A stretch of 64,000 nt of DNA from a virus. Taxonomy: Duplodnaviria; Caudoviricetes. Positions 17,483 to 28,312 of this stretch are shown here, one piece after another. The notes under the pieces were generated by a model. That model searched no databases. It worked only from the letters and a program-made list of their open reading frames with translations, and was not told the origin of the DNA. The position numbers were made by a program, and so were the translations under genes. The stretch covers positions 1,482-65,481 of IMG/VR virus record IMGVR_UViG_3300036770_004813; one strand, given 5' to 3'. Positions within the stretch are counted from its first letter, which is position 1; every line of letters starts with the position of its first letter.

Positions 17483-20400
17483 TTAGCCAAGGGGCCCTGT
17501 TGGCGTAAAGTTACCTGTGATCGTGCATTTTCCTTTTAATATCCTTAGGTCATCTATGTAGCCACTGAAGAAGCGATTTGGAGAGTGAGTAGAATCACCA
17601 ATGAAAGTTTGAGCGCTTGTGGAATTTATTGTCCCGGAAACTGTCGCAGAAGCAGATTCAACGCCATTGATATAAACCTTGGCGGTGGTTCCAATTCGGC
17701 ATACGGCTATATGATGCCAAGTCGATAACGCTAGACTCTGAATTGCCGTGACGGCTAATGCTGTAGTGGAATTTATGTAAACACCAGGGTTGCCTCCATG
17801 TCGAATCATGATGCCATTGGTGTACTGCCCTAACTCCAATAGGGTTGCAAAGCTTACATTTGTCTTGCTTGTCATCCAGAACCAGAGTTGTAATTCAAAA
17901 TCACCAGGGAAGCTAAGCAGGTTGGTTCCTGCAATTTGCAGCCTAACATTATTGCTTGTAAGCGAAGATAAGTAATCAAAGAAGCCAGCTTCAGCATATT
18001 TTGCTTGAGTATTGCTAACAACATAACGTGTTTGAGTTCCTTGGATTGTAACTGCTAAGTTATTGCCAGATAGATCTACAGGTGCTGTGTTGCTTCCAAC
18101 TGTGCCATCAAACGATAGGTAGAGGGATGCCCCCGTTGAAGTTGGGAACGGCCCGGTTGGTGGAGCATCAGTGCGTGCTACTCCCTTGGTAACGCGGAAG
18201 TTATCAATCTTCCCAAGCCATGTGTAGGCCGCTGAGAAGTACATCCCGACCGAGCATACGTTGCCAGTTAGGTTGGTTGTATTTGTGAGAGTGCTTCCAA
18301 CCTGTGCGTCATCAACAAACAACCTTAAGGAAGATCCCGTGCGAGTAACCCGAACAAACGCCCATGTGTTAGCCGCCATGTGTGGCCCCATTGGCGTGCC
18401 ACCGGAACCGGTGGTGCTTAGCCACCAGTACCCACTAAACACAGAGAGCGCTAACTGACCAAAGGTAAACAAGCCGTTATTGCTTGCAGAGGTAAACAAG
18501 CAATGGCATTCAACTGTGAAATCACCAGTACCAAAAGCGAATGCACTGTCTGCAGGAGTAGAGATGTAATCTCCAGCGTTTGCAAGTAACAGAGATCCTG
18601 TCCCGTACTTGGGATCTGTTGTTGAGATCACGGCATTGCCGAAACGTGTCATCGCAAAATTGTTACTACTTGCATCCGTAAATGTTGTGGAGTTATCTGC
18701 GCCGTCCAATGGCAGCAGCAAGGATACGTTTGCCATGAATGGATCACCAGGATTAACTTGTGGTACTTGCCCTGTCAACAGGATAGTTTCTGCTGTTGGC
18801 ACGTTGATCGTGAGTGCTTGGGCTACAACCTGCGGCGCAATAGCAGCAACATCTACCACCGCAGCAGGCACCAGCACCTTAGTGGCATCCTCTCCGGCCC
18901 GATCAGGTGCCACGGCAGCCACCTGAATTGTGGCCACTGGTACGGCAACAATCAGCGAGGCATCACCTGCCTTATCAGGTGCAATCGCTGCAACCTGCAC
19001 AATAGAGGTGGGAACATCAATAATCAAGGAAATATCACCCACTTTTTCAGGTATGTTTCCAGCAACATAAACAACAGTCGCGGGCACATTAACAGTCGTA
19101 AACTTATCAACTGTTGGCAACTCAGGCGCCACGGTTACGACGGCAGAAGGCACTGCAACAGCCCTGCCATTCAGCACGCTAGGTGCATTAGCAGTGATGC
19201 TGATTTCCTTGGTTGGTGCCAGCACAAGGTTATAGGCTTCCACCGAAGCACCAACTTTCAACCCAGCCTCAAGGTCCAGGGCCGTTGGAATCCATTCTTG
19301 AATATCAAATCCAGCCCCAACTTGTATCCCTGCTGTAAGCTCTACAGTTTCATGGTATGGAGGAATGATAACAGCAGGATTGATGATCTTTTGATAAACA
19401 GGCGCCGTCCCTGTAGGAAGAGAAGCAAACAAGCTAGTTAGGTCAGGATTCAAGGGATCGAATCCTGTTGGGATCGCAATAGCATTGGCAGGCATCGGAC
19501 TAGCGTTGGTCGTCACGGCTGCTGTAGCAGGTAGCACCGTGGCTCCTGGCGGCAGTGGGAACCAAGCGTTAGCCACGGTGCCATCTATTGCACCCCAGAA
19601 GAGACCATCAACAGTGCAGACAAAGCCTGTGGGGTTGATTGTCCATGTTGTGCCGTTGACCCTATACGCTGCCGTGCAACCGTTCAGCCGCACATAGAAC
19701 AGGTCAAATGGTTTGGGTGGTGTATCAATCGGCAGGAGCTGCAGGCCAGCGCCAGAGCGGTTCGCTAGCAGCAGTCTATTCTCTGTGCGTGCATAATTTA
19801 ATGCCTTCTGTGCAGCATCTGATTTTTGTACGGTATAGAGTCCAGGGCCTAGTTTGATGATCCTATCGTCGGACACATACGGTGGGCTAAGTTCTAATGC
19901 GGTTTGAGAAGTCGCAGAGCCTACAGCCCAGACTAACTCGCCTTGCTGTTCTACGCTTGGCGTCTTTTGGTCTTCTGCCTTGTTCCTTGCCTGCTGCCCT
20001 GGGCGTTTCTGCAGGCCATATTCTCTTTCTGTTCTGATGCGAACTTCGCTGCCGTATTCAACAAGGTATGAAGCACTATTGATGATGCCAGTCACCCTGC
20101 TTAGCCAGTTTATATCGCTACGATCTGGCAGCAGTTGCGCCTGCTTGGAAATCTCATCAGAGCCAAATGGGGTGGATACAAAAGGAACCTTGTTAGTTGT
20201 GATTGTTTTTGTTATCCCTGTATCCTCGTCCTTGAAGTATTCAACTGTGGTTTTTTGAGACTCTGCTACCGGAAGCGCCCTAAACGCTTCAATGGAACCA
20301 TCAAAGCCGCAACTGCTGGCAATGAGCCCCAGTGGCGAGGTTGTCACCGTATATTCAGCGGTTACTTCTGAAACATCTTCATTTGGATCGGGTGGAGTGA

Positions 20401-21430
20401 ATGGTAGTGGGTCACCATTCTCGTCAACTGGTGGCGCAACTAATACCCCTTTCTTAAATTCAAATTTAGTTATGGTGGTCGTTGTTCCCATCAAGTCAGT
20501 CCTAGTTGATTCGCGCTTTACAAGCCGATCTCTTAGGTCATAGGTCGATATGTTGACGGTCGTTATTTTAACTACGCCTTTTTGTTCTTTCTCTTCTCCA
20601 TCTTCATCCGTATACGAGTGTATATATTGCTCAGTAGAAAAGCTCTCATCCTTTTCCCAGTCTCTCTTTTGTCGTTTATCATCATCATTAGGGTCATTGG
20701 GGTCATTATCAGGTGGCTTTAGCTGCGTCGATTCATATTTGGCATACACCGTATCTGCCGGCAATTCACCTACGGTTTGAGGCGTTAAATCAATCAGATC
20801 ATTGTGTGCAATCAATGGGCCAGCAACAGGGCTGCTACCGTTCAGATTGATAAATTCAACCTGTTCATTTTCATTGATCCGGCAACGGTAGCACTCGGCC
20901 TCGGCAATCCTTGCCAGCTCCTGAACAAAGCCGGAAGACAAGTCCCACTCATCTGCAATCTTGCTATTGGTAAATGGAATGGTTGACGCAGCCGTTAACC
21001 CTAGTGAAGTTAGGATATTCTGTGCAACATAGGCCGCACTTATATTCTGTGCATAAGCTCTCCTTTCAACTTCAGGCACATCTGAATTAGCTTCTGCTTC
21101 AGTGATATTCTTAACAGGTGGTTTCCTATCTTGCATATAAGCAAACTTGCAACCCACCAGAACGCTTGTTACATCCTTCAACGGGTTAGCAAAACTATTC
21201 AGCACCCGCAGCCGACGCGTAACCCTTGCAATCCAGTTTTGACCATCGGAATAGGCCAGGTGCACATCCTGCCCTGGTGACAGCAGGTGAACGCCCTTTA
21301 GGTTGATTGTGCCCTTCGTGGTGATCACCCCACCGCCAGAACCCTGGAGGTACGAATCAGCAAACGTTGATGGTTCAACCGCTAGCGGCCCTAGGTTGCA
21401 CCATACCCTGTGTCTAGTATCTATTGTCAT
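17483..21430 (-). CDS. Large tail-tip/central fibre protein with VP-x-x-x-V-x-V-A repeats and two C-terminal LamG domains
   Basis: Follows tape measure and distal-tail-like gene; DFTVEC / IDNFRVTKG and DFELQLW / WHHIAV / GYIDDLRI. Confidence 0.8.
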   Translation of the reverse strand: MTIDTRHRVWCNLGPLAVEPSTFADSYLQGSGGGVITTKGTINLKGVHLLSPGQDVHLAYSDGQNWIARVTRRLRVLNSFANPLKDVTSVLVGCKFAYMQDRKPPVKNITEAEANSDVPEVERRAYAQNISAAYVAQNILTSLGLTAASTIPFTNSKIADEWDLSSGFVQELARIAEAECYRCRINENEQVEFINLNGSSPVAGPLIAHNDLIDLTPQTVGELPADTVYAKYESTQLKPPDNDPNDPNDDDKRQKRDWEKDESFSTEQYIHSYTDEDGEEKEQKGVVKITTVNISTYDLRDRLVKRESTRTDLMGTTTTITKFEFKKGVLVAPPVDENGDPLPFTPPDPNEDVSEVTAEYTVTTSPLGLIASSCGFDGSIEAFRALPVAESQKTTVEYFKDEDTGITKTITTNKVPFVSTPFGSDEISKQAQLLPDRSDINWLSRVTGIINSASYLVEYGSEVRIRTEREYGLQKRPGQQARNKAEDQKTPSVEQQGELVWAVGSATSQTALELSPPYVSDDRIIKLGPGLYTVQKSDAAQKALNYARTENRLLLANRSGAGLQLLPIDTPPKPFDLFYVRLNGCTAAYRVNGTTWTINPTGFVCTVDGLFWGAIDGTVANAWFPLPPGATVLPATAAVTTNASPMPANAIAIPTGFDPLNPDLTSLFASLPTGTAPVYQKIINPAVIIPPYHETVELTAGIQVGAGFDIQEWIPTALDLEAGLKVGASVEAYNLVLAPTKEISITANAPSVLNGRAVAVPSAVVTVAPELPTVDKFTTVNVPATVVYVAGNIPEKVGDISLIIDVPTSIVQVAAIAPDKAGDASLIVAVPVATIQVAAVAPDRAGEDATKVLVPAAVVDVAAIAPQVVAQALTINVPTAETILLTGQVPQVNPGDPFMANVSLLLPLDGADNSTTFTDASSNNFAMTRFGNAVISTTDPKYGTGSLLLANAGDYISTPADSAFAFGTGDFTVECHCLFTSASNNGLFTFGQLALSVFSGYWWLSTTGSGGTPMGPHMAANTWAFVRVTRTGSSLRLFVDDAQVGSTLTNTTNLTGNVCSVGMYFSAAYTWLGKIDNFRVTKGVARTDAPPTGPFPTSTGASLYLSFDGTVGSNTAPVDLSGNNLAVTIQGTQTRYVVSNTQAKYAEAGFFDYLSSLTSNNVRLQIAGTNLLSFPGDFELQLWFWMTSKTNVSFATLLELGQYTNGIMIRHGGNPGVYINSTTALAVTAIQSLALSTWHHIAVCRIGTTAKVYINGVESASATVSGTINSTSAQTFIGDSTHSPNRFFSGYIDDLRILKGKCTITGNFTPTGPLG

Positions 21431-22176
21431 CCTATTATTTTAATCAGTTGAAACTGAACGTCATACGTTAAACCTGTCTTTCGCACTTCTGCCTTAGGTT
21501 TGGTCCAGCTCACAGGGAACCAAGCATTAGCAACTGGCGTGGCTGCAATGGTTGTATTCAGCCAAGCCGTCAGCAGGGTAAGGTCAGTATCACTGACCCA
21601 TCCCTCCACCTCCTGCACTTCCACTAGCGATAATGCGCCTGAGATAACATGTGCCCCTGCAGGGTTGCGGTCTAACTGCGGCAGACTGGTATAGGTGTAT
21701 GGGTAGGTCTTTAGTGTGATCACAGCACCGCCGAGCGTTAAGGTGCCATGATCTATGCCATCCTCTTCGGCATCTTCCTTTTCCTCTAGCAGAATCTCTA
21801 GCGCTTGCGCAGCATCTACCAACTCAACGGAAACCTTCGCATAGATGCCAGCGTATGCAATATCAGGCGCCTTACTGAACCAGCATGGCTTATCCGTCCA
21901 GTTGAAACCTACATCCTCTCCACTGACCAATACCACGGCACCTTGCTGGCCGGTCTTTTCAGGATCCTCCTCTGGCAGCTTATCTGTACGCCATGCACGG
22001 TAAAGATCAATCAAGCTCTCAGCATCGGCTCTCATCAGGAGGCCTGTTACCTTAAGCATTTCAGCAGTGCGACCACGGCGCACATCTGAGCCATCAAAAC
22101 CAAAGGGCAGCTCTGCTGTCAGGCTGAGGTTTGGATAAATAAAGGTGTCGCCGTCGTAGCTGATCTCAATGCCCAT
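21427..22176 (-). CDS. Distal-tail-like protein
   Basis: Directly downstream of tape measure gene. Confidence 0.6.
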   Translation of the reverse strand: MGIEISYDGDTFIYPNLSLTAELPFGFDGSDVRRGRTAEMLKVTGLLMRADAESLIDLYRAWRTDKLPEEDPEKTGQQGAVVLVSGEDVGFNWTDKPCWFSKAPDIAYAGIYAKVSVELVDAAQALEILLEEKEDAEEDGIDHGTLTLGGAVITLKTYPYTYTSLPQLDRNPAGAHVISGALSLVEVQEVEGWVSDTDLTLLTAWLNTTIAATPVANAWFPVSWTKPKAEVRKTGLTYDVQFQLIKIIG

Positions 22177-22180
22177 GTCT

Positions 22181-25100
22181 TCAGAGCCCCTGCAGCGTGC
22201 GAATCAAGCCCGCATTTGATGGCGTGCGAACGTTTACGTTCCAATCTTTCCCGGCCAGAGTATCAATCGACTTTTGCAGCTTGCCAAGCTCAAGGGACTG
22301 CTTCCGCATGGCTAGCAACATGTTCCCATTCATATTCATGCTCACCGCCTGCGAAACCTGCTCCACGCGGGTCAGTGATCTCTTGCTGCGTTGCGGCACG
22401 CCAGGATGGGGTGGCAGTGCCCCGGCTTCCATCAACTGTTGTGAGAGCCCAGCGGGTAGCACGATGCCTCTTGCAGGAGGGCTCCAGGTGCCATAGGCCG
22501 GCTTATGGATCCATGAGATGGTGCCGGTGGCTGATAGGAAGCTCTCCATGCCAAGCTCGTTCACCGTATAGGCAAAGCGTGGATCAACGGGGCCACCAGC
22601 AAAGCGGCCTCCTAGGTTGATTAGTTCTGCATTCATTCGATTGCGCCTGGCCTGCTGATTCATGCTTAGGGTTTGCCTTTCTATTCTGTTTTGATCAACA
22701 AGGATTTTATATCTATCTTCCTCAAGTTTAACTCTTTCTTCAGCGAGCTTTATTCCTCCCCGCTGTAGCTTTATTTGTTCATCTAGCCCCTTGCGCTGAT
22801 CGCTTGTAAGGTTGGGATCCTTTCGCTTTACTTGCAATTCAATTAGCAACTGACGTTGCTTGTCAACGTTATATTTAGCGTCCATGATCCGCGCCTGCTG
22901 ATCAATTAAAGCCATGCGCTGCTTAAGATTCAGCGCTCTCCATTCGCCCGCTTCGACTTCCTCAAGGCCCTCAATCTCAGCTTTTTTGGCCGCAATTGCA
23001 ATTCTCTTTCCCTCTTCCTTTAGTCGATTTACTCGCTCCTCTTGACTTGCTATATCGCTCTTAGATGCCCCGCTCCCAGCTCTTTGCATTTGGGCAAGTC
23101 GAGCCTCTGCATTCATCACGGCACGATTGTTATATGCGCCTTCTAGTGCAAACTCTGATTGGATCAGCTCATTTCGTGCCCTTGTGTACTCAAGCAAGGC
23201 TTGCGCATATTGCAAGGCCGCTTCATAGGAAGACTTGAGGTTGTCACCAGCCTGCTTATTCAGGTCAACCTCTTGACCGATCAATTCAAGTTTCTGCCTC
23301 TGCAGCTCTACTTCTTCTACGGCTTTATCATAAGAGTTTTGTGCTACAGCCATCTTATTGTCCGATAGGTTCTTATCTATTCCTGCAATCTCTTGCCGAA
23401 GCCTTAGCGCCTCTTGTGATGTCTGATCACCGATCCCTCCTAGCTCCCGCTCCTTGACTGCCTTCTCCCGCTCCAGTGCAACACGCTGCAAGTACAAAAT
23501 CTCATTGTCATACTGATTCTTGGTGATTGCACCCGCAGCCCTTAATTTAGTCAGATACGCTTCATATTCAACCTTTGCCGTACCAATTAGGCTGATCTCA
23601 TTTTCTAGCGATTCCTCGCGCTGCTCAACTTGAACATTAGCCACATCACGGTCTATCGTTGCAATCTCATTGCGTAACTCAAGGCCTCGTCCTGTATTTT
23701 GATTGGCAACAGGAATGGCGGCAAGTTCCTTTAGCTTGAGTTGCTTTTCCTTCTCTAGTGTTATCAGCTTTTGCTGTCTCAGCTCTTCTGCGGCTTGTGA
23801 CTTAGTTTTGGTTCCTGCAGCAATTTCCTTAGCAATACGGGCCTCGGTTTCAGCAGACTGCGTTTTGAGAATTGCCGCCCTTTGGGCTTCTGTCAGAACG
23901 TTATCTTTGGCGATCGCAGCGCCCTTAGCCTGGCTTCCAATCAGCTCTTTTTGATTCCTGGCCTGGAGCAGAATCAACCGCTCCATTTCCTTGTCTAGGT
24001 TATTCATCTCTTCTTCACTTGCATTTCGCCTCACTGCATCAAATTTCTTTTTGGTTACTTCATCTATCTTCTCCTTGATGTCTTTCTGTTCAAGCTCTAG
24101 CCGTAGCTTAAGTTTCTTGTCATCTAATCGCTTTTGCAGCTCAGCAATCTGCTTATCAATCTGCTCACGTTCAGCCGTTGCCGTAAGGGGCAGGTTGACT
24201 TGTGTTTTCATCAGCTCAAAGATTTGATCAGACAATGCCCTCAGCTCCTTGCCACCCTCCCGCAGCGGCTCACTAAAGCTGTCCAGCCCTTGACCACTCT
24301 GCACAGCCCGTAGGAACTCCTCCCAGCCCTTAGCCGCTGCCGCCTGTGCTTCTGCTGCTGCCTTTCCGCCACCTTCTGCAGTCTTCTTGGCTTTCTCGCT
24401 TAGCTGATCATATTTTTTCTCAGCCTGATCAATTTCAATACTTAGCGCCAGTGGTTCAGATAGGCTAGCTTTCTTAGCCTCAAGTTCAGCCAACCTCTTC
24501 TCTGCTGCGTCTGTACTAATGCCCATCTCCTGCTGATCGGCAATCATCTTTTTCGTGGAATCAATCTCACTCTGTAGATTCTCTTGCTCCTTTGATAGCT
24601 CCTCTGTTGCCTGCCCTGATTCTTGAATCATGCCGTTCAATAGGGCGTAGGTCCCGGCGGCTGCTGTTGCAGCAAGGGCAACTTTTGCTAGACCAAGTTT
24701 GCCGCCTGTTAGCACAGCCAAAGCCGCCTGAGCACCGGCCAGAAGGGTTGTAGATTTCCTGAATGCGTCATAAGCCTGAATGATCCTAGTGATTATTGCC
24801 ACAACACCAGCCATTCCATACTGAATCGTATTTAAGGCAGCCTGGGCGATCGTTTGCCCTTTGGTTGCAATCGTCCATGCCTTCACGCTGGCCACAATGT
24901 ATTGAATGATTGTCGCAATGCCAGCCAGCTTAGAAACGCTGGCAATGCCGATAAATGTTAAATACGCCGCGCTAAGTGCTCCAATCGTTACGATAAGCTG
25001 CTTAGTTGTAGCGTCTACATTCTTAAACTGCCCTGTCATCAGGCCAACGGCTACGCCTATCCCGAGGATGACGGCAGTGGAAGCCGCAAAGGGGCCAACG

Positions 25101-26680
25101 ATTGCGGCGGCGGCTCCCATGACTGCATTTTTTATCGCAACAAAACCCACCTGAGCCAGGGTTAGCTTTAGTGCAGCCATCCCAACGCTTGCTGCTGCTG
25201 CCGCTGCACCCATGCCAATGAGCAGGCTTGCTGTCACCTTCACAGGCTCAGGAAGCTCAGATATTGCCCCAACTACCTGATTTGCAATGCCAAGCAATGG
25301 GCGAAGTGCAGTGGCAAACGTTTGCCCTACCTTGTTCCCAAGGCTATCTATCGTGCCCTGAAGCTGCTGCAATTCAAGGCCGAAACCTGCCATTGCATTT
25401 CGAGCTTCATCCGTTGCGCCAGTGCTATTCCTGATGTCAGAAAACATCTTTGTGATAGCAGTTGTGGTCTGATTAGTGATGGCAAGAATCTTGTTTCCCG
25501 CCTGATCACCAAACAGAATGTTTGCAAGTTGAACCTGATCACCTTGGCTCAGTTGCTCCAGGCTGCCTTTTAGCTTGAGGAAAACCTGATCTAATGGCAG
25601 CAGCTTGCCTTGGGTATCAATGATGGAGATACCCAGCTTTTGCATAACGGCCTGCAATCGTTCCTGTCCCTGGGAGAGGCCTAGCACCTCGGGAGATGCC
25701 CCACCCGCCGCCTGCTGCAATTTGGTCAGGGCCTCCCTTAGGCCCGTGCCCGCCACGCTGCCTTGAATGCCTGCGTTGGCCATGAGGCCCGTTGCTGCCG
25801 CCACATCCTCTAGGCTCACCCCAAGGGCCTTGGCGATCGGTGCGGTGTATTCAAACGTATATCCCAGGCCCTCAATGCTGGCGTTACTGCTGTTCGCCGT
25901 GTTGGTCAGAATATCTACAACATCCGCAGTCTTTTCTACATCTAACCCGAAGCCTCTCAGTGTATTGCCGACAATATCCCCGAACTGTTGAAAGCCGGTC
26001 CCTGTTGCCTCAGCACCTCGAACAACTCCAGGCAATGCCGCCTCGACTTCCTTAACACTAAAACCAGCTCTAACAAGGCTGGTGGCAAGCTCTGCCACCT
26101 GTTTGCCCGTGCCAGCAGCGTCAATGCCAACCTTCTCTACAACAGCGCTCAGCCGTTCATAGCCTCCAGTTTCACCCGCAGCCGCAGCAGCTAAACGCAG
26201 CTCACCATCTAGCTCAATGAAGCCCGACACCATGCCCTTAAGGCTGCCCAGGGCCGAGCCGAGCCCATTGGTGAGCGTATTGGCGAGGCTAAAGGCGACG
26301 CCTTGAACCGCACCCTCCAGCAGGTTGAAACTTGATGTGCTTTGGCGAGCCGTAGCCTGTACGGCACTCTTAAAAGCATCGACTGCCTTCCTGGCCTCAT
26401 CTAGCCCCTTGACCGTCTTGCCAATGGATGCCAAGGCCTGGGGCGGAACAATGTCACCCTTGACCGTCTCAAACTGCAGTTTCTGACGGTTGAACCTCAG
26501 CCCAGCTTCCTTGGCTGCCTTATCTGCCGCGCTGACTAGATCATCAAAGGCCTTCCTGGTGCCCTCGTTAAGCCCCTTGCCGAAGTCCCTACCCGCTAGG
26601 CCACCAGCTCTCTCTAGTTCCTTGGCGACGTCAGCGACGTTTTCCAGCAGAAACCCTAGTGAAACCTGAAGATCCGCCAC
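22181..26680 (-). CDS. Tail tape measure protein (TP901-family core)
   Basis: 1499 aa; AAATGLMANAGIQGSVAGTGLR, LANILFG, hydrophobic middle, coiled coil, FAGGPV...YTVNELGMESF. Confidence 0.95.
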   Translation of the reverse strand: MADLQVSLGFLLENVADVAKELERAGGLAGRDFGKGLNEGTRKAFDDLVSAADKAAKEAGLRFNRQKLQFETVKGDIVPPQALASIGKTVKGLDEARKAVDAFKSAVQATARQSTSSFNLLEGAVQGVAFSLANTLTNGLGSALGSLKGMVSGFIELDGELRLAAAAAGETGGYERLSAVVEKVGIDAAGTGKQVAELATSLVRAGFSVKEVEAALPGVVRGAEATGTGFQQFGDIVGNTLRGFGLDVEKTADVVDILTNTANSSNASIEGLGYTFEYTAPIAKALGVSLEDVAAATGLMANAGIQGSVAGTGLREALTKLQQAAGGASPEVLGLSQGQERLQAVMQKLGISIIDTQGKLLPLDQVFLKLKGSLEQLSQGDQVQLANILFGDQAGNKILAITNQTTTAITKMFSDIRNSTGATDEARNAMAGFGLELQQLQGTIDSLGNKVGQTFATALRPLLGIANQVVGAISELPEPVKVTASLLIGMGAAAAAASVGMAALKLTLAQVGFVAIKNAVMGAAAAIVGPFAASTAVILGIGVAVGLMTGQFKNVDATTKQLIVTIGALSAAYLTFIGIASVSKLAGIATIIQYIVASVKAWTIATKGQTIAQAALNTIQYGMAGVVAIITRIIQAYDAFRKSTTLLAGAQAALAVLTGGKLGLAKVALAATAAAGTYALLNGMIQESGQATEELSKEQENLQSEIDSTKKMIADQQEMGISTDAAEKRLAELEAKKASLSEPLALSIEIDQAEKKYDQLSEKAKKTAEGGGKAAAEAQAAAAKGWEEFLRAVQSGQGLDSFSEPLREGGKELRALSDQIFELMKTQVNLPLTATAEREQIDKQIAELQKRLDDKKLKLRLELEQKDIKEKIDEVTKKKFDAVRRNASEEEMNNLDKEMERLILLQARNQKELIGSQAKGAAIAKDNVLTEAQRAAILKTQSAETEARIAKEIAAGTKTKSQAAEELRQQKLITLEKEKQLKLKELAAIPVANQNTGRGLELRNEIATIDRDVANVQVEQREESLENEISLIGTAKVEYEAYLTKLRAAGAITKNQYDNEILYLQRVALEREKAVKERELGGIGDQTSQEALRLRQEIAGIDKNLSDNKMAVAQNSYDKAVEEVELQRQKLELIGQEVDLNKQAGDNLKSSYEAALQYAQALLEYTRARNELIQSEFALEGAYNNRAVMNAEARLAQMQRAGSGASKSDIASQEERVNRLKEEGKRIAIAAKKAEIEGLEEVEAGEWRALNLKQRMALIDQQARIMDAKYNVDKQRQLLIELQVKRKDPNLTSDQRKGLDEQIKLQRGGIKLAEERVKLEEDRYKILVDQNRIERQTLSMNQQARRNRMNAELINLGGRFAGGPVDPRFAYTVNELGMESFLSATGTISWIHKPAYGTWSPPARGIVLPAGLSQQLMEAGALPPHPGVPQRSKRSLTRVEQVSQAVSMNMNGNMLLAMRKQSLELGKLQKSIDTLAGKDWNVNVRTPSNAGLIRTLQGL

Positions 26681-26721
26681 CTATTGCCTGTCGCTAAAAT
26701 CAGTTTTCCCGGTTCCCCTGA

Positions 26722-27441
26722 ATGGATCCTCGCTTTAAGGTTGAACTGATCGCACAGACACCCAACCCACAACAGGTGATCTGGGCTGCCATGCACCAGG
26801 ATTACAGCGAGCATTTTGTGGCCCATGAGGAGCGGCCCGATGAGACGACAGCCGGTGAGATATGCGTTAAGAGGCTACTTGCTGGGGAACGTGGGCACTT
26901 CGGCCCCCTAGAGAACGTCCATATTGTTCTAAACGTAGGCTGGTTTCCGCACTCTGTAATGCAGCAGGCAAGGACTCACAGGGTAGGAGTGAGTTTTGAT
27001 GTGCAAAGCATGAGATATACGGGACAACGAATCTGCGATGCTGCAGAGGGAAGGCTAGAGATTGAAGATGTATTCTACCTTCGGCCTGTTGGTGATTATG
27101 CAGATCGTCAGGGCAAAAAGTACACCTATACCGCAGAGCAGCGAGCGATCGACCTAAACACCTGCCACCTTGCCGCCGAGCGTTATCGGGATTTGATGGC
27201 AGCCGGGTTTGCGGAGGAGCACGCTCGCGGCATCCTGCCCTTCGACTACCGGCAACATTTCGTGGTGAGTTTCAGCCTGCGGGCCTTCCTGCACTTCCTA
27301 GACCTACGGGCGAAGCTCGATGCACAGGAGGAGATCCGCGCCCTATGTGATCTGATGTGGCCCCACCTGCAGGCATGGGTGCCAGAGATCGCGGCATGGT
27401 ACGAAAAGACCCGGCTTCATAGGGCACGGCTGGCACCCTAG
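26722..27441 (+). CDS. thyX: FAD-dependent thymidylate synthase
   Basis: GHFGPLE, QQARTHRVGVSFDVQSMRY signature, EHARGILP, LDLRAKLDAQEEI. Confidence 0.97.
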   Translation: MDPRFKVELIAQTPNPQQVIWAAMHQDYSEHFVAHEERPDETTAGEICVKRLLAGERGHFGPLENVHIVLNVGWFPHSVMQQARTHRVGVSFDVQSMRYTGQRICDAAEGRLEIEDVFYLRPVGDYADRQGKKYTYTAEQRAIDLNTCHLAAERYRDLMAAGFAEEHARGILPFDYRQHFVVSFSLRAFLHFLDLRAKLDAQEEIRALCDLMWPHLQAWVPEIAAWYEKTRLHRARLAP

Positions 27442-27866
27442 GCAGGTTGCAACACAGCCACCGGGCAGGTCCAAGTGATCGTGTGCTGCTGTAAGCCGGT
27501 GGTGAGCCCATCAATGGTCACGTCTGCCGCATTGGCCCCTGGCAGCAGTTGCAAGATTCGATCAATCACGGCCTGATGGTTCAGCGTCCCGGTTGCAGGC
27601 TCCCACTGCGTCACGGTGATGCGATAGGTGGGCCGCACGTCAACTTCCCCGGTCTCTGCGGGCCTTGAGGCTGTGCCCATAGGTGAGCGCCAGACAACCA
27701 CCTCAACGCCTTCAGGAACTGCCGTGGGTTCAATCGCCTCCGATGGCCAGAAGTGCGCCAGGGCTGGCCTGGTGCTAGTGCCGATGCGATGCACACCGAT
27801 CAGGCCCATCAAAGTGGTGTCACCCTCCAGTAGGTCGAAGATAGCCAGGCTTGTGGTGGGCAGCAT
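27438..27866 (-). CDS. Putative tail completion/terminator protein
   Basis: Size, pattern (AIFDLL-GD-TL-GLIG) and tail context. Confidence 0.5.
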   Translation of the reverse strand: MLPTTSLAIFDLLEGDTTLMGLIGVHRIGTSTRPALAHFWPSEAIEPTAVPEGVEVVVWRSPMGTASRPAETGEVDVRPTYRITVTQWEPATGTLNHQAVIDRILQLLPGANAADVTIDGLTTGLQQHTITWTCPVAVLQPA

Positions 27867-27932
27867 TGTGGATCTGTACTGGGACTGGGAAAACTCTAAC
27901 TGTCCAGACCCACACTAAGGTATCCTTACGGC

Positions 27933-28151
27933 ATGCCAGCGACGCCCAGCGACATTCCAGCCGTACCCGATTGGGAGCCAATGCAGCTCTCAGTAGGGCA
28001 ACAGTTTGAGATTGAGCGGCATAGCCGGCTTTTGGATGAAGTTGAAGACGTGAAAACCCTGCGAAACCTGGCGAAACAACTACTCCACTTGTGGGTAGGA
28101 CAAAAGGCCGCAACTAACTGGGTCATGTCACAGGGAGGCCTGAGACGATGA
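27933..28151 (+). CDS. nblA: Phycobilisome degradation adaptor NblA
   Basis: LSVGQQFEIERHSRLLDEVEDVKTLRNLAKQLLHLWVGQKAATNWVM matches the NblA L-S-x-x-Q-Q-F helix-hairpin pattern. Confidence 0.88.
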   Translation: MPATPSDIPAVPDWEPMQLSVGQQFEIERHSRLLDEVEDVKTLRNLAKQLLHLWVGQKAATNWVMSQGGLRR

Positions 28152-28312
28152 CCTGCGGTTGGGTGCGCCTGATCTGTGAGGAACCTCAATCCCCGCCAGC
28201 AGGACAGGAAGGGCAGCCCGTCGTTATTGATGTCCAGCCTGAAATCGTTGACCGGACGCTTGAGCGGCTTCAGGCCAACGGTTGGCAAGTTATCTCCCAA
28301 TGGAACCTATGA
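28148..28312 (+). CDS. Small hypothetical protein (54 aa, MTCGWVRLICEE...)
   Basis: Read by hand; ATGA overlaps with nblA and the endolysin. Confidence 0.55.
   Translation: MTCGWVRLICEEPQSPPAGQEGQPVVIDVQPEIVDRTLERLQANGWQVISQWNL

Noticed and set aside
9279-18740. Invertible or DGR-diversified fibre tips among the LamG copies
   Set aside because: Similarity is at protein level only; no inverted crossover sites or invertase seen
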